From: a virus
Lineage: Duplodnaviria; Caudoviricetes
Direction: 5' to 3' (one strand)
DNA: 64,000 nucleotides
Virus record (IMG/VR): IMGVR_UViG_3300028805_000089
Span: 1-64,000 of that record
A program made the translations under genes and the position numbers. Positions 9,103 to 17,296 of this stretch are shown here, piece by piece. Each line of letters starts with the position of its first letter. Position 1 is the first letter of the stretch. The notes below the pieces were generated by a model. The model worked only from the letters and a program-made list of their open reading frames with translations. It did no database searches and was not told the DNA's origin.

Positions 9103-9493
9103 CAGTTTCAAACACGTCGTTCCATTCCTCTTTCGGGATCCCTGCAGCCTGTGCCAAATCCTCAACGTCGTGCTTCAGTTTTGCTTCAAGCAGTAATTTA
9201 ACATCAATGCCCTGTCCGCCGGTTAACCTTCCAAAGGACAACACCGGTCTTGTCTTTTCATCAGTGCTGCCGTTGAGCCAGTTTTCTTCGACCCCTAATG
9301 TCTCCGCCAGGCGAATCATTTTTTCATGCTTCGGCATATACAGCTTTCTCTTTAAGTTGCTGATCACATCTTCGCCGATGCCGCTTTGCTTTGCCAAATC
9401 CGCCTGAGACATCCGGGCGTCCCGCAGCGCTTCCATTAGCCGCTCTGACGCTATCTCCAGACGCTGTTTTGTTGTTCGCCCCACGGTGCACAC
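9014..9493 (-). CDS. XRE-family HTH repressor (CI-like)
   Basis: MSQADLAKQSGIGEDVISNL..LAETLGV HTH; AGGAGG RBS; divergent from cro. Confidence 0.88.
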   Translation of the reverse strand: MCTVGRTTKQRLEIASERLMEALRDARMSQADLAKQSGIGEDVISNLKRKLYMPKHEKMIRLAETLGVEENWLNGSTDEKTRPVLSFGRLTGGQGIDVKLLLEAKLKHDVEDLAQAAGIPKEEWNDVFETVMLMIYCHDPETRAALKRLAYLSSKHEQD

Positions 9494-9565
9494 CCTCCTT
9501 TTTGTGAATAGTGTACAACTTTAGCTTTCTCTATTCAAGCAATTTAACAGAAATGTCAAAAAAGC

Positions 9566-9642
9566 TTGAGAAAATTCAAGAATAGTACTTGCAAACGTCA
9601 AAAAGGTGTGATATGATTTCATCGAAAGTTGAGAAATCTCAA
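9566..9642. promoter_or_regulatory. Lytic promoter and operators of the switch
   Basis: TTGCAA-N17-TATGAT (9589-9617) flanked by the palindromes TTGAGAAAATTCAA (9566) and TTGAGAAATCTCAA (9629); a related site at 9874. Confidence 0.7.
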
Positions 9643-9662
9643 GCCAAAAGGAGGTGAAGCGC

Positions 9663-9935
9663 ATGGAATACCGTTACCCACGATTACGCGGGCGCATTCG
9701 CGAAATCCTGGTTACACAGGGAAGACTCGCGGAACGGTTGGGGATTTCTCAGACAAGCCTGACGAACAAACTAACGGGCCGGACGGAATTCAACCGGGAT
9801 GAAATCATCCGAATCGTGGACCTCCTGAATATTCCCAAGTCCGAAGTGTACGATTATTTTTTTGCTGGACAGATAGAGAAATCTCAAGGCAAAGGAGGCC
9901 CGAAATGCCCAAGCCGATCAACTGGGACCTCGTAA
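9663..9935 (+). CDS. Cro-like HTH protein (DUF739-like)
   Basis: YPRLRGRIRE..TQGRLAERLGISQTSLTNKLTGRTEF; GGAGGTG RBS. Confidence 0.85.
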   Translation: MEYRYPRLRGRIREILVTQGRLAERLGISQTSLTNKLTGRTEFNRDEIIRIVDLLNIPKSEVYDYFFAGQIEKSQGKGGPKCPSRSTGTS

Positions 9936-10040
9936 CCCACCTGATGCGCACCTACTACCCACGCGAATACATGCGCATCCTCGCAGAACAGCAAACCACC
10001 CTCCCGTTGCCGCCACCCGATACGAAAGGAGACTCACGAC

Positions 10041-10295
10041 ATGACACCCAAAGTGACACCCGAAGTGACACCCAATATGACACCCGAAATCGCCGCCCTC
10101 GTCAAAAGCGAAAAGCCCCTGATATCTTCGGCTGAAGCAGCCCGTGCGCTGCACGTCACCCCGTACATTTTCAACATACAGTTAAAACAGGGAATGCTCC
10201 CTTTCCCGGCCCTCAAGGTCGGCAGCCGGGTCAAGATTCCCCGTATCCCCTTCCTGCGCTACATCGGATACGACGGAGGAACCACCAATGCCTGA
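10041..10295 (+). CDS. Excisionase-like HTH protein
   Basis: LISSAEAARALHV..PFPALKVGSRVKIPR winged-HTH pattern. Confidence 0.7.
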   Translation: MTPKVTPEVTPNMTPEIAALVKSEKPLISSAEAARALHVTPYIFNIQLKQGMLPFPALKVGSRVKIPRIPFLRYIGYDGGTTNA

Positions 10296-10530
10296 CGACA
10301 TCGAAGCGCCCTGGCTCGATCCCGATTGGCCAGCATGGCCCGAAAAGCCGCTCTGCGAATGTTCCATCTGCCACGAACCTCTCTGCGAAGGCGATGATGT
10401 AGTCTTTACGGATGCCGGACCCATTTGCACGGTATGCGTTTCCGAAATGGATTGGCGTCGGTTCATCGGTCTTGCCGGACTCAGCATCGAGACGCTTACC
10501 CGTGACAACGCGACTATAAGAAATTACTGA
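10288..10530 (+). CDS. Small Zn-finger protein
   Basis: CxxC..CxxC; GGAGG RBS. Confidence 0.65.
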   Translation: MPDDIEAPWLDPDWPAWPEKPLCECSICHEPLCEGDDVVFTDAGPICTVCVSEMDWRRFIGLAGLSIETLTRDNATIRNY

Positions 10531-10686
10531 GGAGGTGATCCAAACGAAACTCACAGCTTACTTCGCCGAACGCCGCATCATCCGGGAGGACCGCCGCAGG
10601 CTTCGCCGCCTGTTCACCGCAGACTTCCAGTTTTCCCGAATTTTCGATGACACCTGGTACCGCCGCCGCCGGATGACGAAAGCGGG

Positions 10687-11448
10687 GTGGAGGAGAAATT
10701 GATTGAACGCCAGATGCCGCCAAAGTTCCATGCCATATTCGAGTATTGGAAAGATAAAGCAATCCTTCCCGATGGAACCGTAGTGACAGACCCACCGGAC
10801 ATGACACCGGAAACAGTTCCGAAGGACTCGATAGCAGTCGTGGAAGACTGGGGTGAACCAAGTTGTTTTGCTTGTGACAGCTTTGGACTCAGAAGTGCAT
10901 ATTACAAAAGCGGCAAATACGACAGCGATCTTCAAGAACACAACTACAAACGCATCTGGTCCGAAAGCAATATAACCAGATTGCAGAAAGCACACATTGT
11001 ACCTCATAGCCTGTGCGGTTTGAATACACCGAACAATTTCTTCCTCCTTTGCGAATCTTGCCATAAGGACTCACCGGATACGATATTTGAAAAAGAATTT
11101 TTCAAATGGGTTTATAAAAGGCGTCACCACAATCCGCTTTGGGAGATGGTACAGAATTCCCTCCTAAGATATCCGGAAGAAGTTTACAAGAACGTAAGTA
11201 TACCATCCGCAGAGTCGATACGAAGATTTGCAAAGTCTACAACAACTACACATTACGGAGGGTGCGCACCGGCAACGATAGAAGCAATCGTAAATCATAC
11301 TATAGATTCTATAGTTAATGGAACATTTCAAGACGAAGCGCTTCTTTACTTAGACGAAGGGGGTGGAAAAAACAATGACTGTAGCTATGACAAACCCGGT
11401 TCTAAAAATAGACCCGGAATTTCAGGCAAAGATACCCCCGTTGTCTGA
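10687..11448 (+). CDS. HNH endonuclease-like protein
   Basis: CFAC..HIVPHS..N..LLCESCH; AT-richer than its neighbours. Confidence 0.75.
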   Translation: MEEKLIERQMPPKFHAIFEYWKDKAILPDGTVVTDPPDMTPETVPKDSIAVVEDWGEPSCFACDSFGLRSAYYKSGKYDSDLQEHNYKRIWSESNITRLQKAHIVPHSLCGLNTPNNFFLLCESCHKDSPDTIFEKEFFKWVYKRRHHNPLWEMVQNSLLRYPEEVYKNVSIPSAESIRRFAKSTTTTHYGGCAPATIEAIVNHTIDSIVNGTFQDEALLYLDEGGGKNNDCSYDKPGSKNRPGISGKDTPVV

Positions 11449-12436
11449 AGCAGAATTCAAGCAGCTGGAAGAAAACATTCTGCGTGACGGCGAAGTGTAC
11501 GACCCCATCGTCATCTGGAACGGCACCATCGTTGACGGACACAACCGCTACCGGATCATCCGGGCCCACCCGTGGCTGGAATGGCGCGTCCGGGAAATGC
11601 AGTTCGCGGACAAGTGGGAAGCGTTCGACTGGATGTGTGCGAACCAGCTTGGTCGCAGGAACCTGACCGACGAACAGCGCACGTATTTGATTGGGAAAAT
11701 GTACGAGGCGCGGAAACACACAAATATAGGCGCGCCAGTTGGGAATACAAACGCAAAAAAACAATGTACCCAAAATGGGAACATTGAAGCCAAGCGGGTT
11801 TCCGAACAGATTGCGGACGAACTGGGCATCGCAAAAAACACCGTTATCCGGGCTGAACGATTTTCCAAAGGGATTGATGCTGTTCGATCTGTTTCCCCGG
11901 AGACCGCAGAAAAAATATTAACCGGCAAGCAGAAGATCCAGAAACAAACAGTCCAGCACATCGGCACCGCCCCCGAACCGGACCGCCCCGCCCTGATTTC
12001 CGCCGTCGTCGAGGGCAGGCCCATCCCGAAGGAAGACCCCAAACCGAAGCCCGCGTCCGCCTTGCCCCCACCCCAGCCCGCGCCTGCGCCTTCTGCCCTC
12101 GACAAGCCAATGACAGCGCCCCAGGAAGAGCGCGGAGGACAGGACGTCACGCAGACGACCGACTTTTCAAAAATCAACTGGCGCTCTGCCGAAGGCCGTC
12201 GTGTCAAAGAGCAGATCGACCATGCGATCCGGGAAAGCTACAGCGATAAAACGCCGGAATTCACGCTCCCGATGCTGATCGAGGAATTGAATCTCGACAT
12301 CCGGGACTTCACCGAAAAACTGTCGCGAATGCTCACTGACCGCGCCGACATTATTACCGAATCGATTCGTATCGAGACAAAAAATCTTTTGCACAACCTA
12401 AAAAAATATAAGGAGGCTCTGAACAATGGGAAATAA
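11363..12436 (+). CDS. ParB N-terminal-domain protein with HTH
   Basis: PIVIWNGTIVDGHNRY ParB/Srx motif; NQLGRRNL; HTH at EQIADELGI. Confidence 0.8.
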   Translation: MEKTMTVAMTNPVLKIDPEFQAKIPPLSEAEFKQLEENILRDGEVYDPIVIWNGTIVDGHNRYRIIRAHPWLEWRVREMQFADKWEAFDWMCANQLGRRNLTDEQRTYLIGKMYEARKHTNIGAPVGNTNAKKQCTQNGNIEAKRVSEQIADELGIAKNTVIRAERFSKGIDAVRSVSPETAEKILTGKQKIQKQTVQHIGTAPEPDRPALISAVVEGRPIPKEDPKPKPASALPPPQPAPAPSALDKPMTAPQEERGGQDVTQTTDFSKINWRSAEGRRVKEQIDHAIRESYSDKTPEFTLPMLIEELNLDIRDFTEKLSRMLTDRADIITESIRIETKNLLHNLKKYKEALNNGK

Positions 12437-13196
12437 CCGTCACAACTCTGAAATCAAATGGCTGCGTCCTTCTCAGGTTAAGGTTGACATCGATCTTTAT
12501 CAGCGTGAGGCAACGAATCAGCGTGTTAAAAAGATTCTCGACGATTGGAATTACGATCTTGTCAACATGCCCAAGGTGTCCATGCGCATGGATGGTTCCA
12601 TGTATGCGTTCGACGGACAGGCGACGCTGAAAGCGTGGGGGATCCACGAAAGCGACGCTCCCATCAAATGCCTTGTCTTCCATGGCCTGTCCAAAGAAGA
12701 CGAAGCGAGGCTGTTTGTTCAGCAGAATGGAGCGGCGTCCCCCGTAAATACCCGCGATAAAATGCGTGCGCAGTATAACATCGGCGAACCGGAAATCGTT
12801 GAATTGGTCAACGCGGCAAAAAGCGCCGGTATCGAATTGCGGCTTACCAATTCAACCGGAGGTGATGGACGCTGTCACGCCCTGGCTGCGTGCAAGCGTT
12901 CCGTGCAGCGCATCGGTCTTTGGCAGTTCCAGCAGGCGCTCGACACCATCGTTCAGGCATGGGGCGGGGTGCAGGAATCTCTTTCCAACGGTTTTATCGA
13001 TGGGATGACTGAAATCTACGCCACGAACCAGACGCAGTTTGACAAGAAGGAACTCATCAAAAAGCTTTCCCATTTCCCGCCGTCCTATTACATCCGGGAA
13101 TCCAAGGAATATACGGGAAGCAAGGGTAAACGCTTTGCCGCAGTCTTCCGCAAGGTATACAACCGCAACAGGCGCGTAAATGTTCTCGGCGCGTGA
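12426..13196 (+). CDS. Second ParB/Srx-like protein (DUF6551-like)
   Basis: YQRE..PKVS.R.DG..YAFDGQ motif. Confidence 0.65.
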   Translation: MGNNRHNSEIKWLRPSQVKVDIDLYQREATNQRVKKILDDWNYDLVNMPKVSMRMDGSMYAFDGQATLKAWGIHESDAPIKCLVFHGLSKEDEARLFVQQNGAASPVNTRDKMRAQYNIGEPEIVELVNAAKSAGIELRLTNSTGGDGRCHALAACKRSVQRIGLWQFQQALDTIVQAWGGVQESLSNGFIDGMTEIYATNQTQFDKKELIKKLSHFPPSYYIRESKEYTGSKGKRFAAVFRKVYNRNRRVNVLGA

Positions 13197-13219
13197 AAGC
13201 GTTCTCCCTTTGAAAGAAG

Positions 13220-14374
13220 GTGATGCCCGCTTTGATCAAGGCATTTAAGATTCGTCTCTATCCCACCAAAGAACAGGAAGCACTCATGTGGCGGCACGTC
13301 GGTGCCTGCCGGTTCATCTGGAACCACTTCCTCAACCTTCAGGAAGAACGCTACAAGGCCGGGGAAAAGTTCATGTCCGCTTTCGATATGTCCTACCTGA
13401 TGCCGCCCCTCAAAAAGCAGGAAGAGTTCCAATGGCTCAATGACATCGCCGCGCAGACGCTCAACCGTGAACTGGCCGACCTTGCAGACGCGTACAAAGA
13501 CTTCTTCAAAAAGAAAGCGCGGCACCCGAAATACAAGAGCCGCAAAAGAAGCAAAGCGTCTTTCCCGACAGCGCAGATCATTTACTTCGAGGATGGGAAA
13601 GTCACCGTCGGCAAGATAGGGAAGGTCAAGTACAAAACAGACTTCGATCTGCCACAGGGTAAAGGGAACAAGTTCACCAACCCGCGCATCTCAAACATCT
13701 GCGGCAAATGGATGCTTTCCTTCGGGATGGATTGCCCGGAAGAACACCCGGAACTGAACGCAGGAACATCGGTTGGAATCGACCTCGGCATCAAGGAACT
13801 TGCCGTTGCGTCTCATCAAAAGCAGATGATAACGGTCCCCAACATCAACAAGACCGACGAAGTCCGGCGGCTTGAAAAAAATCTCCGTCACCTTCAGCGC
13901 TCGGTTTCCAGGAAGTACGAAGCGGCGAAGAAGCGCACCGGGCGGTACGAAAAGTCGAACAACATTCTCAAGGAAGAGGAAAAGATTCGCCGCCTCCACC
14001 ACCGTCTCGACTGCATCCGTCAGAACCACGTCCACCAGGCAACCCACTACTTTGTTTCCCTACTTCCGGAACGCATCGTCATGGAAGACCTCAACGTCAC
14101 CGGGATGATGAAAAACCGCCACCTCTCCAAGGCCATCGGCCAGCAGGGGTTCGCGGAGTTCCGAAGGCAGATCGCTTACAAGTCCGATTGGAACGGCATC
14201 GAAACCGTCTATGCCGACCGGTTCTATCCATCCTCCAAGACATGCAGCGTCTGCGGCCACATCAAGCCGGACCTTAAACTCAGCGACAGGACGTATGTGT
14301 GTTCTGAGTGCGGCGCGGTACTCGACAGGGATTTCAACGCCGCCGTGAATCTTGAGAACTATGTCCCGCAATAG
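13220..14374 (+). CDS. tnpB: TnpB-like RNA-guided nuclease (candidate compact Cas12-like effector), 384 aa
   Basis: N-terminal KAFKIRLYPT HTH; RuvC-I GIDLG, RuvC-II VMEDL, Zn finger CSVC/CSEC, RuvC-III DRDFNAA all intact; no adjacent tnpA. Confidence 0.93.
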   Translation: MMPALIKAFKIRLYPTKEQEALMWRHVGACRFIWNHFLNLQEERYKAGEKFMSAFDMSYLMPPLKKQEEFQWLNDIAAQTLNRELADLADAYKDFFKKKARHPKYKSRKRSKASFPTAQIIYFEDGKVTVGKIGKVKYKTDFDLPQGKGNKFTNPRISNICGKWMLSFGMDCPEEHPELNAGTSVGIDLGIKELAVASHQKQMITVPNINKTDEVRRLEKNLRHLQRSVSRKYEAAKKRTGRYEKSNNILKEEEKIRRLHHRLDCIRQNHVHQATHYFVSLLPERIVMEDLNVTGMMKNRHLSKAIGQQGFAEFRRQIAYKSDWNGIETVYADRFYPSSKTCSVCGHIKPDLKLSDRTYVCSECGAVLDRDFNAAVNLENYVPQ

Positions 14375-14383
14375 GGATCGATA

Positions 14384-14485
14384 AAGGGGCGTCGTCACGT
14401 CCTGAAGCTGCGGAGCGTTATACAAACCCAAGTAGCCTCGGCAAAAGGGAACGCTGTGAAACAGTAACTTGCGCGTAAGCGGGTG
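14384..14485 (+). ncRNA. tracrRNA/omegaRNA-like scaffold 1
   Basis: Hairpin GGGGCG-TCGTCA-CGTCCT; AGCGTT/AACGCT stem; anti-repeat CTTGCGCGTA (14468-14477) complementary to repeat TACGCGCAAG. Confidence 0.75.
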
Positions 14486-14570
14486 AGATAGCAAACGTGA
14501 GGTGACGGTACTGCTGTAACCGAACGCGAGGATGACGGGTGTGACCCACGCCTTTTTCCCTCCTCTTTCT

Positions 14571-14723
14571 TCCGTCTCTCCCGTGCTCGCACACGATGAC
14601 GGTGCATTGACGCCTTCAGTTCCTGCCCGCACCTCCAGCGCACGCACAAGATGACGGCACTATGTCGGTAGCATGGTCCTTGTCACCGGTCGTTGCACCT
14701 TCCGCGTACGCGCAAGATGACGG
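14571..14723 (+). CRISPR. Mini array 1: three 32-nt repeats (first degenerate)
   Basis: Repeats 14571-14602, 14626-14657 and 14692-14723; last two end CAAGATGACGG, first ends CACGATGACGG; spacers 23 and 34 nt. Confidence 0.7.
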
Positions 14724-14764
14724 GGACAACGAATGAAAACATGAAATCAAATCATAAGCACATT

Positions 14765-14868
14765 AAGGGTGTCGTCACACCCCAAAGCTGTGGAGCGTCA
14801 CACCTCCTGAGTAGGTTCGCCGAAAGGGGACGCTGAGAAGCAGTAATTCGAGCGCCATGCGAGGTGCG
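14765..14868 (+). ncRNA. tracrRNA/omegaRNA-like scaffold 2
   Basis: Paralog of scaffold 1 with compensatory stem changes (GGGTG/CACCC, AGCGTC/GACGCT); anti-repeat TTCGAGCGCCATGCGAGGTGCG (14847-14868). Confidence 0.75.
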
Positions 14869-14913
14869 TGAAATGACGGGGAGTGATAGAAAGGTGATCC
14901 GCTGATCCTGTAA

Positions 14914-15201
14914 GTCGCACCCCGCGCACGCGCACGAGATGACGGACCTTCCAAGTCCTATTCATGCGTTCCTTCCACTATCACACCTCGCACACGCGCA
15001 CGAAATGACGGTTGACAGCGTTTCCCGCATGAGCAGAAACGCAGACATCACACCTCGCACACGCGCACGAAATGACGGACCTGACGGTTAAGGTCCTGCC
15101 GGTTGCACCTCGCGCACGCGCACGAAATGACGGGTATCCAGCGCGAAACGGTTGCTGTAGATACGCCGCGTCGCACCTCGCGCACGCACCCGATATTACG
15201 G
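14914..15201 (+). CRISPR. Mini array 2: five 32-nt repeats, consensus GTCGCACCTCGCGCACGCGCACGAAATGACGG
   Basis: Repeats 14914-14945, 14980-15011, 15047-15078, 15102-15133 and 15170-15201; unique spacers of 34, 35, 23 and 36 nt. Confidence 0.85.
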
Positions 15202-15233
15202 ACACATACACATACACACGAAAGGAGTCCCCC

Positions 15234-16175
15234 ATGCCCATCACAAAAACACCTACCTCCTCTCACGACGAATGGATTGCCCTTCGCTCCAAGTACATTG
15301 GCGGCAGCGATGCCGCTGCCGTCGTGGGCCTGAACGCCAACTGCACCCCCTTCTCCCTGTGGATGGAAAAGACCGGACAGCAGCCACCGTTTGAAGGGAA
15401 CCTCGCCACCAAGACCGGCACCTTCCTTGAACCCTTCGTGGCCCAACTCTTTGAGGAGCAGACCGGCAAGAAAGTCCGGCGCGAAAACGCTTCCCTGTTC
15501 AACAGCGATTACCCCTGGGCCATCGCCAACGTGGACCGCATGGTGGTTGGGGAGGACGCAGGGCTTGAGATCAAGACCACCTCGGCCTTGTCCACAAAGA
15601 AATTCCGTAACGGCGATTATCCTTCAAATTATTATGTGCAATGCATGCATTACCTCGCCGTCACCGGGAAATCTAAATGGTATCTGGCCGTCCTCATCGG
15701 CAACTTCGACTTCCGCGTCTACGAAATCGAACGCGACGAAGACGAAATCGCCGCCCTGATGGCTGCTGAAAAATCCTTCTGGGAAGATTACGTCCTCACA
15801 AAAACCGCCCCACCTCCCGACGGCCAGGAACCCACGGACGAATCCCTCCGCATCCTTTACCCGGAATCCAACGGCGAGTCCATGTCCCTCTTCGGGCGCG
15901 ACTCCCTCCTCGACCGCTACTTTGACCTTGCCGACCAGATCAAGGAACTCCAGCGCCAACAGGACGAGATCAAGCAGACAATCCAACTGGACATGGGGGA
16001 GACGGAAACCGCCCTGGCCGACAATTACAAGGTCATCTGGAAAACCCAGACCCGCTCCACCTTCGACGCAAAGAAATTCACTCAGGACCACCCCGATATC
16101 AAAACCGATGATTACTGGAAGACAAGCACATCCCGCGTCTTCCGGATCAATAAGAACAAGCCCAAGGAGGACTAA
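15234..16175 (+). CDS. YqaJ-family viral recombinase exonuclease
   Basis: WIALRSKYIGGSDAAA, ANVDR, GLEIKT, YYVQCMHYLAV; AAGGAG RBS. Confidence 0.93.
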   Translation: MPITKTPTSSHDEWIALRSKYIGGSDAAAVVGLNANCTPFSLWMEKTGQQPPFEGNLATKTGTFLEPFVAQLFEEQTGKKVRRENASLFNSDYPWAIANVDRMVVGEDAGLEIKTTSALSTKKFRNGDYPSNYYVQCMHYLAVTGKSKWYLAVLIGNFDFRVYEIERDEDEIAALMAAEKSFWEDYVLTKTAPPPDGQEPTDESLRILYPESNGESMSLFGRDSLLDRYFDLADQIKELQRQQDEIKQTIQLDMGETETALADNYKVIWKTQTRSTFDAKKFTQDHPDIKTDDYWKTSTSRVFRINKNKPKED

Positions 16176-16178
16176 CCT

Positions 16179-17276
16179 ATGGCAAACGCAGGAATCATTC
16201 AGCAGACTCAGGCCAAGAAGAACGTAGTCAGCACGGCTCAGAAACCTAAGACCATGCGGGACTACATCAAGTCGATGGAAGGCGAAATCGCCAAGGCGCT
16301 GCCCTCCGTCATCACCCCGGAGCGCTTTACCCGCATCGTCACCACCGCCCTTTCCTCCAACCCGGAACTGGCCAACACCACCCCTGCTTCCTTCCTCGGC
16401 GCGATGATGACAGCCGCGCAGCTCGGCCTCGAACCCAACACGCCCCTGGGGCAGGCTTACCTCCTGCCGTACCGCAACAAAGGCGTCCTGGAAACCCAGT
16501 TCCAGCTTGGCTGAACACTTTACGGTCAAGTAAAACTGCGTGAACCCTATTACTCAGGGGTGTACGGCGTAAGCCGTGCTAACGGGGAAACCCGCCGTCA
16601 AAGGGCAATCCCGTGCCACATACCCAGAATGTGGTGTAGAGACTATCGCTGATGAATGTAAGCGAGTAGGACCGAAGATGAGTTACGGTCCCAAGTGCGC
16701 AGCTTCCGCAAGGAAGAAGATATAGTCCGGCCCAACGGGATGGGAAACCGTGGGATCGCTGATAAAGGTTTAATCGACCTCGCCTACCGCTCCGGAGAAA
16801 TCCAGATCATCCAGGCCCACGCTGTCTACGAGAACGACGAATTTGAATACGAATTCGGCCTTGAACCCAAACTGAAGCATAAGCCCGCCGTGCAGGATCG
16901 CGGCGAACCCATCGCCTTCTACGCCATGTTCAAGACGAAGGATGGCGGTTACGGATTCGATGTGATGAGCGTTGATGATGTCCGCGCCCACGCCGCCAAG
17001 TATTCCAAATCCTACGGCAGCAGTTTCTCTCCGTGGAAAACCAACTTCGTAGAAATGAGTTTAAAAACTATTTTGAAGCGCGTCCTCAAGTACGCCCCCC
17101 TCAAGACCGAATTCGTCCGTGGAATCACGCAGGATGAAACCGTCCACGACACCATCGGCGCGGACATGACCCTGGAAGAGACCCGTCAGGTTGAAGGTGA
17201 CGGCGAGATTTCCGAATCCGTAGAATACGTCGATGCTGAGACCGGCGAGGTCGCCGGGGAAGCGCCCAAAGCATAA
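16179..17276 (+). CDS. recT: RecT-family ssDNA annealing protein, interrupted by a group I intron (exons 16179-16512 and 16762-17276; 282 aa spliced)
   Basis: Joining the exons restores ETQFQLG-Y-KGLIDLAYRSG; also contains LGLEPNTPLGQAYLLPY. Confidence 0.93.
16513..16761 (+). ncRNA. Group I intron, 249 nt, no homing endonuclease
   Basis: Exon ends in T, intron ends in G; P1 CTTGGCT/GGTCAAG with a U-G pair at the splice site; core elements AAACTGCGTGAA, AATCCCGTGCC, GTAGAGACTAT, AAGATATAGTCC. Confidence 0.92.
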
Positions 17277-17296
17277 CGATTTTAAGGGGGTAGCAT

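Noticed and set aside
13220-14374. Ordinary IS200/IS605 or IS607 insertion
   Set aside because: No tnpA; the downstream RNA is duplicated and tied by anti-repeats to spacer-containing arrays
14914-15201. Orphan type I-C array or simple tandem repeat
   Set aside because: The repeat 3' end is ATGACGG rather than the I-C ATTGAAA(C/T), the I-C internal hairpin is lost, and intervening sequences are unique and of regular length
16695-17276. recT as two genes or a frameshifted pseudogene
   Set aside because: Precise group I intron boundaries restore one conserved reading frame
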